A stretch of 64,000 nt of DNA. It comes from Candidatus Latescibacterota bacterium (GTDB lineage: Bacteria > Latescibacterota > UBA2968 > UBA8231). Position 1 is the stretch's first letter, and each line of letters starts with the position of its first letter. A program made the position numbers and the translations under genes. The stretch is taken from NCBI GenBank assembly GCA_963422735.1, contig OY730476.1, positions 256,001 through 320,000 on the forward strand, given 5' to 3'. Under the pieces are notes generated by a model. It saw only the letters and a program-made list of their open reading frames with translations, did not search any database and was not told the DNA's origin. Positions 55,419 through 64,000 of this stretch are shown piece by piece.

Positions 55419-56321
55419 ATGGCTGAGCGGATCGCCGAGGCTGCCGTCAAAGCTGTCGAGGCGTTGTTGGTGGGCGGCACGGGTGCAAGTGCGCTCCGGG
55501 ACGGCCAGTTATTATGGTCCTTAGCCCATTTGTGGGATCAGCCGCGCTACCGGATGCTAGCTGAGCAGGTAGCCGAGGGCCGTGAGCGCACTGAGGAAGA
55601 CCAGGCTGCGGTCCGCGATGCCCTCGCGTTGGCCGAAGGGTTGGCGGCCTGTGGATATTGGGAACGGGCGCGGACGCTTGTGCTGCAAAGCCTAGCGCGT
55701 TGCGACGCAGCGGATTGCGTCGGCGAGTCCTTGCCCAAGGGGGCGCGCTGCCTCGATGACTGGGCGCAGGTGCTAAGCGTCTGTACGCGCCTTTTGCGCA
55801 CCCGCGCCGACCGCAAGCTACAAATAGCTGCTGCCCGCGCCGTAGCCTCCATCTTGAACTACCACTACCACCCGGACTTGGGGTTGTTGCTCTTTGTCGT
55901 CCGCCATGACTTCTTCCGCTTTGACGATCGCTGGGGAATCTGCGTCCACAGCGAGGCGGCCCTCGCCGCGCTGACTGCCGTATTGGACGAAGCCGGTCGC
56001 CGCGGCGAGACTCCCCTCATCGCCTTGGCAGGTCGCTGCTTGCGCCAACACGTAGAGGCCGCTTGGGACCCGGCCGAAGGCGGCGTACGCAGCACGTGCA
56101 GTGCTGGCGTGTGGAGCGCGGAAAAGCCCGGAGCGATCCAAACCGCAGCCATAGGTGCCTTAGCGACGCTGCACCGCTACGAGGGCGGCGACTGGGAGGC
56201 CGCGTGGCTGGATCGGGTGCGAGCTTACCAAAGGAACTGCCCCACCGATCCGCTCACTGCGCTGCGCTGCTTAGTGCGTTGCTCACGAGAACCGGATGAA
56301 AAACTTGACATTGTGAAGTGA
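55419..56321 (+). CDS. AGE/N-acylglucosamine 2-epimerase-like alpha-barrel protein, probably degenerate
   Basis: H.HP..G.L, H.E.AWD...GG and EK....Q motifs; shorter than typical for the family, with eroded motifs. Confidence 0.5.
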   Translation: MAERIAEAAVKAVEALLVGGTGASALRDGQLLWSLAHLWDQPRYRMLAEQVAEGRERTEEDQAAVRDALALAEGLAACGYWERARTLVLQSLARCDAADCVGESLPKGARCLDDWAQVLSVCTRLLRTRADRKLQIAAARAVASILNYHYHPDLGLLLFVVRHDFFRFDDRWGICVHSEAALAALTAVLDEAGRRGETPLIALAGRCLRQHVEAAWDPAEGGVRSTCSAGVWSAEKPGAIQTAAIGALATLHRYEGGDWEAAWLDRVRAYQRNCPTDPLTALRCLVRCSREPDEKLDIVK

Positions 56322-56377
56322 GAAAGCGATTCTGGCCGCATGCGTCCGAGTAGGGCGCGATTGCGAGGAGGTCCATT

Positions 56378-57454
56378 ATGATTGTCTATCACGGCACGAC
56401 GCGCCGCGTCGCGCGTCAGATCGCCCGCGACGGCTTCCAGCCGCGGTCGCCTTCGCGGCGGGTGTGGCTTTCGCGGAGCGAGAGTTACGCCAAGCAGCGG
56501 GCACACGCCAAATCGAGGCACGTGCGGGATCGCCCCATCGTGCTAGCCGTAGATGTGGATTTGAAAACCTTGCGCCAGCGCTACGGCAGTAAGCAGGTGC
56601 GCGAAAGCGGCGGGGTCATCTCGATCAACGGGGCCATTCCCGCGTCCTCGTTGCGCAGACACTATGGGCTAGGGATCCCGGAAAGTGCCGAGGAGATCGC
56701 TCGCTGGATCAACGCCGTCTTGGGCGTCAAGGCGCACAAAGGCGTCAGCGCTCGCCACGAGGGTGTCTTGCGCTTGGCTCGCTGGATCGATAATAGGCTG
56801 GCGACTCGTCCCACTGCGCGGATCGGCGAGAAGGAGCTGCTCGCCCGCGCCGCGCAGTGGATCCCAGACCGCTTTGCCGGAGTGGAGATCGACTTTGAGC
56901 ACTTGCGGGTCTGGCCCAAGGTGGCGCGGGAGGCCGAGGCGCAGCAGGCAGCAATCGAAAGTGCGATGCCCGTCGATCTCCGCGAGGAAGAGGCCATCGC
57001 TTGCTTGGAGTCGGACAAACCGCAGCGGCAGGTGCGCGGCCTACAGCTCTTGGCCGACCTAGACGACCCAGACCTGTTTGAGTGGTGCGTATTGCTGCTC
57101 GGCGAGGGGCATCCGCAAAGCGCGGTCGGCGTCCTCAAGGTGATGCGGCGTTGCGAGGACATTCAGCCGGAGGTGCTGGCTCCGTACGCGGAGAGCGCAC
57201 ACAAGGCGGTGCGCGGCGCGGCCATTGAGGTGCTCATCCTGCGCAGTGGGGAAGATGCCCCGAAGTGGTTTTGGCGCGGCCTGACCGATCCGGTGCCACA
57301 TGTGCGGCTGAGCGCGGCCAAGTTCCTCGACCGCCTCGACCCGCGCACGCATCGCGACAGCTTTGAGGCCGCGCTCTACGACCCGCACCCGCAGGTGGCG
57401 CAAGCCGCGCGCAAGCTGACGCAGCGCATGGGATTCGAACCGTTGGCTTGGTAG
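56378..57454 (+). CDS. YHGT (ART-like) N-terminal domain plus HEAT-repeat protein
   Basis: RBS GAGGAGG; VYHGT.....I..DGF...VWLS....YA; C-terminal L.DP.P.VR..A repeats. Confidence 0.65.
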   Translation: MIVYHGTTRRVARQIARDGFQPRSPSRRVWLSRSESYAKQRAHAKSRHVRDRPIVLAVDVDLKTLRQRYGSKQVRESGGVISINGAIPASSLRRHYGLGIPESAEEIARWINAVLGVKAHKGVSARHEGVLRLARWIDNRLATRPTARIGEKELLARAAQWIPDRFAGVEIDFEHLRVWPKVAREAEAQQAAIESAMPVDLREEEAIACLESDKPQRQVRGLQLLADLDDPDLFEWCVLLLGEGHPQSAVGVLKVMRRCEDIQPEVLAPYAESAHKAVRGAAIEVLILRSGEDAPKWFWRGLTDPVPHVRLSAAKFLDRLDPRTHRDSFEAALYDPHPQVAQAARKLTQRMGFEPLAW

Positions 57455-57474
57455 GCAGCGGGACGATTCCTTAT

Positions 57475-57504
57475 GGGCAGCTTTTTTAGCTGCCCTCTTT
57501 TTTT
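57475..57504 (+). terminator. Intrinsic terminator
   Basis: GGGCAGC-TTTTTTA-GCTGCCC followed by TCTTTTTTT. Confidence 0.75.
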
Positions 57505-57505
57505 A

Positions 57506-57710
57506 CGGAATTTCCTAGTGTACGGTTGGGGATTCCGGTTTCATGTAGGTGGTTTCACTCGGTATGCCCGTAGCCCTCGTCCGGGCCAGCGCAGTCCTCC
57601 GCGTCAACGTTCCGGGGCCCGTCGCCGGGTACCCATCGCCAAGGGGGCGGATGGGACTAACCACTAACCACTAACCACTGATTAAACAGTCCTTATTCTA
57701 GGAAAGTCTG
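57506..57710 (-). mobile_element. MITE-like element, copy 2 (205 bp, three heptamers)
   Basis: Ends CGGAATTTCCTAG/CTAGGAAAGTCTG; reverse complement of 46554-46800 minus 42 bp. Confidence 0.8.
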
Positions 57711-57745
57711 TTTTTTTAAGAAGCTATCGGAGGGAGCGATTGTGC

Positions 57746-57809
57746 ATGGTTGCTAAACAGCGCGTGGTGCTGGGCGCGATTTTTGCGGAGTGCAATCAAT
57801 TCGGCGGCG
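57746..57809 (+). repeat. Duplicated 5' end of the mlrC-like gene
   Basis: MVAKQRVVLGAIFAECNQFGG versus MTDKHCVALGAIFTECNQFGG; 22 identical bp at 57788-57809 and 58050-58071. Confidence 0.85.
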
Positions 57810-58007
57810 GGCTGCTCCTCACCGTGCCGCCGGATATGGCTGCGAAGGCTGCCGGTATATCCGCTCCTTTCGCAAACCAGTACCGAGGGGCGTCTGTAAG
57901 CGGCTGCAGCCACGTTCAGCAAGGGAGAGTCCTCGGATGAAAAAGCCCCAGTTGTTCAGTCTCATCCTCTTGTTCGTTTCTGCTCTGTGCGCGATCAACT
58001 AATCACA

Positions 58008-59519
58008 ATGACCGATAAACATTGCGTAGCCCTAGGGGCCATTTTTACCGAGTGCAATCAATTCGGCGGCGAGCCAATTGATTTGTCGTGGTTTGAGCGC
58101 TATGAGCTGCGGCGCGGGCGCGATGTGCTCGCAGCCAAAGACGGAGTGGCCGGCGGTATGCTCAGTGTGCTGGCGGCGCACGGCGTGGAAGTCGCGCCCC
58201 TGTTGTTTGCCAGCACTTGCCCCGGCGGGCCGCTGACGCGGGCTTGTTACGACCCGCTCAAGGAAGAGCTTTTGGCACGGCTCAACGAGGCTCTGCCGGT
58301 AGATGGAGTCCTCATGCCACTGCACGGAGCGGCGGCTGTGGAAGGCGGTGTCGATTTGGAAGGGGACCTGCTGGCGGCCGTGCGGGTCGTGGTCGGGGAT
58401 GCCGTGCCGATCGTCGCCACGCTCGACCTCCACGCCCATATTTCCGCGCAGATGATGCGCGCTGCCGACGGCTTGGTGGCTTGGGAAACCTATCCGCATC
58501 GCGATGCCTTTTCCACCGGTGAGCGCGGGGCGCGCCTGCTGTGCGACGCGCTTGCCGGCGCGTGCAAACCCGCGATGGCGATGGCTAAGGTGCCGGTGCT
58601 CACCGGGGCCATTCACGGCTCGACCGAGGACGACGACCCCTTCGCGCAAGTGATGGCCTTGGCCAAGGCCGGTGAGCGGCGCGACGGCATCCTCTCGACG
58701 AGTGCGATCTTGGTGCATCCCTATCTCGATTTTGCCGGCATGGGCAGCGGCGGACTGGTGATTGCCGACGGCGACTTTGCCAAGGCCGAAGCACTTGCCC
58801 GCGAGTTGGCTACGGCGTACTGGGAGCGGCGCTTTGCCTTAGAGCCACAGATGTACGCGCCCGCAGATGCCGTGCGCGCTGGTTTGGCCGTTCAGGGCAG
58901 CCCGGTGGTGCTGGTGGAAGCCGCCGACTGCTGCGGCGGGGGAGCGGCTGGCGATAGCGCGGCTGCGCTGACGGCTCTGTTGCAAGCGGAATTGGACGGC
59001 CCGGCGCTGGTGCCCTTGGTTGATGCCCACGCGGCTGCGGCCTGCCATCAGGCCGGCGTCGGAGCCGAGGTGGAGTTGGCACTGGGGCACGGGCACGACC
59101 CGCGTTGGGGGCAGCCTATCACTGTGCGCGGCCGGGTGCTGCGGTTGAGCGATGGCCGTTTCCGCTATCGGGGTGGTATTTGGGAAGGGGTCGAAGGGCA
59201 GATGGGGCCGGCGGCCGTGCTCGCGCTGGGACAGATACAGGTGTTGTTGGCGTCGCATCCGACCTATGAGTGGGATGGCGAGCAGTTTGCGGCTCTGGGA
59301 ATGGACGCGGCGCAGGTGCGCTTTATCGTCGCCAAGAACCCCATGAACTACCGCCTCGCCTTTGGACCAATGGCGCAGGCCGTTTTTGTGCTCGACACAC
59401 CGGGACCGACGCCGGCGACGGTGCGGCACCTGCCCTTTGTCCAGCGGACGCGGCCCTTTTTTCCGCTGGACCCGGATATGGAGTTGGATATGGAGATTCT
59501 GCGCTCGGAGGCGCGATAG
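58008..59519 (+). CDS. MlrC/M81 metallopeptidase
   Basis: ECN.F, LHGA, EGDL, LDLHAH, TYPH.D, D..GGG..GD and C-terminal RP.FPLD. Confidence 0.88.
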   Translation: MTDKHCVALGAIFTECNQFGGEPIDLSWFERYELRRGRDVLAAKDGVAGGMLSVLAAHGVEVAPLLFASTCPGGPLTRACYDPLKEELLARLNEALPVDGVLMPLHGAAAVEGGVDLEGDLLAAVRVVVGDAVPIVATLDLHAHISAQMMRAADGLVAWETYPHRDAFSTGERGARLLCDALAGACKPAMAMAKVPVLTGAIHGSTEDDDPFAQVMALAKAGERRDGILSTSAILVHPYLDFAGMGSGGLVIADGDFAKAEALARELATAYWERRFALEPQMYAPADAVRAGLAVQGSPVVLVEAADCCGGGAAGDSAAALTALLQAELDGPALVPLVDAHAAAACHQAGVGAEVELALGHGHDPRWGQPITVRGRVLRLSDGRFRYRGGIWEGVEGQMGPAAVLALGQIQVLLASHPTYEWDGEQFAALGMDAAQVRFIVAKNPMNYRLAFGPMAQAVFVLDTPGPTPATVRHLPFVQRTRPFFPLDPDMELDMEILRSEAR

Positions 59520-59605
59520 GAGGAGGCTTAGGCACAGTGATGAAGAAAGCAATATCCCCCCAACCCGCCGCGCCGTCTCCGCAAAATACAGCACTTCCTC
59601 CGGCG

Positions 59606-60059
59606 TCAGCGCCCGCGGTAGGACAGCCATTTTTTGAGGACCTGATAGCCGCCGAGTTTGTAGTCCCAAATCGCCGCCGGGACGTTGCTCCAGAAGGCGC
59701 GGTCGTTCAGATATACATCCAGCGTCTTTTCGCCCAGCACGGCGCGTTCCTCCGTCGTGTATTCGCGCTCGACGATGCGGCCTTGGCCCGGCATTACGGC
59801 GTCGCCTGTTCCGTAGTGGCCCCATCCAGCGGTGAGTGCGAAATCGTCGCCGGTCATGTTGCGGCCGTCGGTGGTGGCGAGCACGGCGATGGCGGCGCTC
59901 TCCGGGCGCATCTACGCCCAAGCCGAGACGGTCGGGATAGCGTTGCACGGCCCCGGATAAATTGGGGCGGCATTGTAGTCCGTTGCCGTCGGTTCCGAGG
60001 CTGTAGTCGCGTCGGCGAGATAGGTTTCAACCGCTGTCGTTAGTCGCGTCGTCTTATGC
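59606..60059 (-). pseudogene. Type ISP restriction-modification enzyme remnant (short N-terminal and C-terminal pieces)
   Basis: C-terminal DVYLND.AFW.NVP.AIW.Y..GGYQVLKKWLSYR; probable N-terminus MHKTTRLTTAVETYLAD; most of the gene is absent. Confidence 0.7.
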
Positions 60060-60060
60060 A

Positions 60061-60600
60061 TCACGGCTTTCCGGTGGCTCTGAGTTTCTCAAGTCGCTCA
60101 ACCCACGCCTTAAAGCGAGGACATTTGGAGCGGATGTTCTCCAAGCCAATCCGTTCGGCCATCTGTGGTCCTACTGTTGTTTTCGAATATTCGGGAAATT
60201 CGGTGATGATCCGCTTCGATGGAGCCGTATGGTGTCCGTCGTCAATCCGTTCTGGGGACTGGACATCATCGACAATTCTCTGCAAAGCGGAGATTGGGGA
60301 ATCTGCATTGTCAAAGAAGACAGCGAACCGGGATACATCAGCAAACAAATAAGCTTCAAATTCATGCAACTGAATGAACGGGATAAAGCGATGATCGTCA
60401 GTTGCATCGAACCACGATCTTTCGAGAGCCTCCACCCGCTTATACGGGTCGTGGCGCAATTTCTCAGCTTCTTCAAGGCCGGGAAGTTGTGCAGGCAAGG
60501 CATAAAGGTCAATCATCGTGCTAAAAAACACGTCATTCCCTGATTCCTGTTTGCGACGACGATCGATGTCATTCTGCATCGCCCTGAAGTTTCTACCCCC
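60061..60600 (-). pseudogene. DUF4276 protein lacking its N-terminus
   Basis: TMIDLYALP, FIPFIQLHEFEA.LF, PE.ID.G..TAPSKRI and IR..CP.F..W. Confidence 0.75.
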
Positions 60601-61426
60601 TCCTCGATGGACTATTCTCTCCAATTTCCGGTTCGTCCACTACTATGAGTATTGGGAGGCCTTCTTTGGGTTGCAACAACAGCGAAATCAGACAGATGAC
60701 CCGCAGTGTACCGTCTGAGAGTTGGTGGGGACCGAACACGAGATCGGACTTGCAATGCCGCCAGTTGAGAATGATGTCTTTAGGATCGGTCGGATCCAGA
60801 ACAATCCGGCGATAAGCCGTTTCTTTGGAGGACTTGAGTGCATACAGTATAGCCGCCAGATTCGCTGCATCGAGCATAAGCCAGCGGTTGTCGCTAGCGT
60901 AACAATACTGCCGGACTCTCGAAGTCGGCGATGTATCGTGGAAGTGATAGACGCGGCAGCGATTCAGCAAATACCTGAGTGCTTTTGCCGCCGGTTCGTC
61001 CTTTTCTGCCTCGTCTCCAATCCGCGTTTCCTGATGGCTCATCCCCAGCGGTACGACCTTTGGTTTCGGATAGCCTGTTCGATGGAATGACAGCGTCTCT
61101 TCGGCAAAAATCATCGAATCACCGGCAGCGTGGAACAGCCGCATCCTACAAGTGTTCGTTCCATGCTCTACCTCGAGCGCCATCTCCGCTTCCAGTTGAG
61201 GAGTTATCCTCGGCCCAAAATGCAAATTGGCCGTAGCCCGCCCGGTCGCCCCAATATGTTGCTGAAGCCGTCCGCCCATTAATTCATTTACTAGCTTGAA
61301 GAAGGCAATGAGATTGCTCTTACCAGCCCCATTGGCACCGATCAAAACATTGAGCGGCCGGAGTTCCAGCATCATTTCCTTGATGGACCGAAAGCCTTTG
61401 ATCTTGGTATTCTTCAATTTTGGCAT
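60593..61426 (-). pseudogene. AAA_21 ATPase, internally deleted and C-terminally truncated
   Basis: GFRSI, IGANGAGKSN, YHFHDTS, LSDGTLR and VDEPEIG, then runs into the DUF4276 remnant. Confidence 0.8.
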
Positions 61427-61622
61427 ATTACTTCCTCACTGTTCTGAAGTCGTCAGTCGCGTCGTCGTTTTGGTCATCATGGCGATGTAGTCGCGTACTC
61501 AGGGTGCTCAAACGGCGAATTGGTTACTATATATTATGGCTTAAAGAGGGGCCCCCTACCGGCGATGCAAGCGAGGCGTCCCGGCTAAACGAGGGCACGC
61601 GAGAGAGGATGGATCAACGCAA

Positions 61623-62801
61623 ATGGAAAAATTAATCGCGGCTATTGACCGAGAATGGGTGGCCGAGCGGACCCGGGAATTGGTCGATATTTACAGCGTA
61701 ACCATGGCCGAAGCCGAAGTATGCCGCGCCTATGAGACCATGATGCGCGAGATCGGCTTGGCGGTTGATGTGCGGGAAGTGACTCCGGGGCGCAACAACC
61801 TCTACGCGCGCATCGCGGGTAGGGGAAATGGCCCCGCGCTGATGCTCAATGGCCATCTCGACACCATCCCCGTGGGGGCCTGCCCGCCTGCTCGCCGCGA
61901 GGGCAATCGCGTGTACGGCCGGGGGGCGACCGACATGAAGGGGGGTATGGCCGCGGCGTTGGCCGCGGTCAAGGCGCTTTGGGAAAGCGGGGTCGAATTG
62001 CAGGGCGATTTGTGGCTGACGGCGATTGTGGGGCACGAGGAAATCGAGGCGCAAAAGGACGGACCGCTGGCCCTGATCGCCGATCGCAACAGCGGCCGGA
62101 TTGGTGGCGACCGGATCTTAATTGTCGAGGGCCGCGACGCGCTGTGGGTGATGAGCATGGGGTCGATGGTCTTTACCATCGCGCTCGAATCGGTCGCTGG
62201 CGGCAAGCACACCCAGTACGTGCCCTTTGCGGAAAATCCGCTCCGCTTTGTGGGTGCGCTCATTGAGCGAATCCATCAGTATCAACTCGAACTTGACGCC
62301 GGGCCAACACACGCCTTGGCCGGTGCCGAGCGAATCGACTTAGGGATTGTCGCCGGGGGCGACTATTTCAATCGCACGCCGCTCTGCTGCACGCTGACGG
62401 GGACCCGGCGCTGGCTGCCGGGGCGCGCCGCGCCGCAGGTATTGGCGGAGTTGGAAGCCCTAGCACAGCCATTGGCCGAGGCTGGGGGGTTGAGCCTACG
62501 GGTCGAAATGGAGCATGAGCGCGAGCCGTTTGAGACGCCCGCCGACGATGCGGCCGTGCAAGCGGTGGGGCGGGCGCACGAGCAGGTGACCGGCCAAGAG
62601 GCAGACTTGGTGGGGATGCGGATTGTGGGGGACGCCAATTTATACGTGCATGGGATGGGGGTGCCGACCTTTTACTACGGCCCCTCAAACGAGACGGCGC
62701 ACGCAGATGTGGAGTGGGTGGAGGTGGATCGGCTGAAGAAGGCGGCGCAAGTGTACGCGCTGGCCGCAACCGACTATTGCGGCGTTGCATCCCCGGATTG
62801 A
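61623..62801 (+). CDS. M20/ArgE-DapE family metallo-amidohydrolase
   Basis: LNGHLDT, YGRGATDMKGG, HEE and YGP....AH...E. Confidence 0.9.
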   Translation: MEKLIAAIDREWVAERTRELVDIYSVTMAEAEVCRAYETMMREIGLAVDVREVTPGRNNLYARIAGRGNGPALMLNGHLDTIPVGACPPARREGNRVYGRGATDMKGGMAAALAAVKALWESGVELQGDLWLTAIVGHEEIEAQKDGPLALIADRNSGRIGGDRILIVEGRDALWVMSMGSMVFTIALESVAGGKHTQYVPFAENPLRFVGALIERIHQYQLELDAGPTHALAGAERIDLGIVAGGDYFNRTPLCCTLTGTRRWLPGRAAPQVLAELEALAQPLAEAGGLSLRVEMEHEREPFETPADDAAVQAVGRAHEQVTGQEADLVGMRIVGDANLYVHGMGVPTFYYGPSNETAHADVEWVEVDRLKKAAQVYALAATDYCGVASPD

Positions 62802-62806
62802 ATGCC

Positions 62807-63976
62807 ATGGATGTCCAAGCAATTCGCCGCGATTTTCCCGCCCTAAAGCAGTACACTTGGTTCCAGAATGGGGGAGTAAGTATTACGCCGGTGCCGGTGG
62901 CCGCCGAGTACGCACGGTGGACGGAAGAGATAGTGCGGCGAGGGCCTTTGCACATCGTCTATCCAGAGGAAGAGTATCCGCGGCGTAAAGCAGCAATGGA
63001 TCGGCTGGCGCAGTTTTTCGGCGTGGCGGCTGGGGAGCTGGCATTGATGCGGGGGGTCAGCGAGGGGTTCCAGACGGTGGTGCGGGGGATGGAATGGGCG
63101 GCCGGCGACGAGATTGTGCTCAGTGCGGACGAGGAGGCAGCGCTGCTTTTGCCAGCCCTGCACTTGCGCGATGTGCATGGGGTCAAGGTGGTAAAGGTGC
63201 CGTTGATCGATGACGCCGATGGGCAGGTGCAGGCCGTAGAGGAGCGGCTGGGGGAGCAGACCAAGCTAGTGGCCCTGAGCCATGTGACGACGGATGTGGG
63301 ATTCCGTCTGCCGGTGGAGCGGATTTGCGCGGCAGCGCGGGCGCGGGGGGTGCGTAGCTTTTTGGATCTGGCGCATTCGGCCGGGCTGTACCCTTTGAAC
63401 TTGCACGCGCTGGGGTGCGATTTTGCCGGTTTGCTCTCCTATAAGTGGATGTACGCGCCGTATGCCGCCGGGTTGCTCTACGTGCGGAAGGAGGCCCTCG
63501 ACGCGGTACAGGTGCGCTACGCCGGCGGGCGGGCCGAACAGTGGTTGGACCCGGTGGCAGATATCTTCGCGCTGCACGAGACGGCCGAGCGCTTTCAGTA
63601 CGGCCCTTGGTGCTGGCCGCTGGTGCTGGCTTGGGCCTTTGCCGTCGAGTATTTGTCGGCCATCGGGCTGGAGGCGATCTGGGCGCGGACGGTGGCGTTG
63701 GCTGGGCGGCTGAAGGAGGGGTTGGCGCAGATTCCAGGCGCGGTGCTCTACACCCCGCGCTCCTCTGAGCGGTCTGCGGCGCTGGTTAGCTTTGGGCTAG
63801 CGGGATGGAAGGGGGAGGAATTGAGCCAAGCCCTCCGAGCGGAGTGGAACATGGTGATCAAGCCGCTGCCACACGGGCGCGAGGGCTTGCGCGCTAGCAT
63901 CGCCTTTTTCCTACTCAAAGCTGAAATTGACGAGTTGCTCGCGGCACTGGGCCGCTTGGCAAAACAAAGGAGCTAG
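62807..63976 (+). CDS. Class V PLP-dependent aminotransferase-fold enzyme
   Basis: IRRDFPAL, LSHV, D.AHS.G, SYKW and LRAS; no obvious desulfurase Cys loop. Confidence 0.85.
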   Translation: MDVQAIRRDFPALKQYTWFQNGGVSITPVPVAAEYARWTEEIVRRGPLHIVYPEEEYPRRKAAMDRLAQFFGVAAGELALMRGVSEGFQTVVRGMEWAAGDEIVLSADEEAALLLPALHLRDVHGVKVVKVPLIDDADGQVQAVEERLGEQTKLVALSHVTTDVGFRLPVERICAAARARGVRSFLDLAHSAGLYPLNLHALGCDFAGLLSYKWMYAPYAAGLLYVRKEALDAVQVRYAGGRAEQWLDPVADIFALHETAERFQYGPWCWPLVLAWAFAVEYLSAIGLEAIWARTVALAGRLKEGLAQIPGAVLYTPRSSERSAALVSFGLAGWKGEELSQALRAEWNMVIKPLPHGREGLRASIAFFLLKAEIDELLAALGRLAKQRS

Positions 63977-63978
63977 GC

Positions 63979-64000
63979 ATGAAGGTCGCGCTCATTCCGC
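63979..64000 (+). CDS. Start of the next gene (truncated by the window)
   Basis: AGGAG RBS, then ATGAAGGTCGCGCTCATT (MKVALI). Confidence 0.5.

Noticed and set aside
57473-57667. 64-aa ORF across MITE copy 2
   Set aside because: It starts inside a terminator outside the element; no RBS or recognisable motif.
58839-60043. Long overlapping ORFs on both strands (369 aa and 257 aa)
   Set aside because: Shadow ORFs typical of GC-rich DNA, overlapping mlrC and the ISP remnant.

Overview
A GC-rich bacterial chromosomal segment. The gene content and order (moxR-DUF58-batABCDE, yicC...coaBC-udg-dnaB, peptidase-TolB-Omp85 fusion) suggest an FCB-group organism such as Latescibacterota, possibly host- or sponge-associated; this is inference only. 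The backbone has: a ~14.5-kb MoxR/vWA (bat) operon with an embedded GldA/F/G-type ABC transporter; polX-PHP and cysQ; an RND efflux pair; an SPL-like radical SAM operon; dapF; Omp85/BamB-like genes; yicC, cmk, coaBC, udg, dnaB and obgE; and several catabolic enzymes. Between these genes sit about eight small accessory cassettes: three type II-like R-M loci, a type ISP remnant, two AAA/DUF4276 modules, a PIN module and a DMFase-like island. Nearly all are broken by internal deletions. Most notable: (1) several cassettes sit at gene ends between direct repeats of 8 to ~75 bp that duplicate a resident gene's 5' or 3' end; (2) two copies of a TIR-bounded miniature element differ in length by exactly six 7-bp units, and a related heptamer hairpin lies in front of yicC; (3) CCWGG appears depleted while its deamination products CTTGG/CCAAG/CTAGG are in excess; (4) DapF (Ser/Ser) and PolX have altered catalytic residues. 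I found no rRNA, tRNA, CRISPR array or transposase gene. All calls come from reading motifs by eye; no database searches were run.
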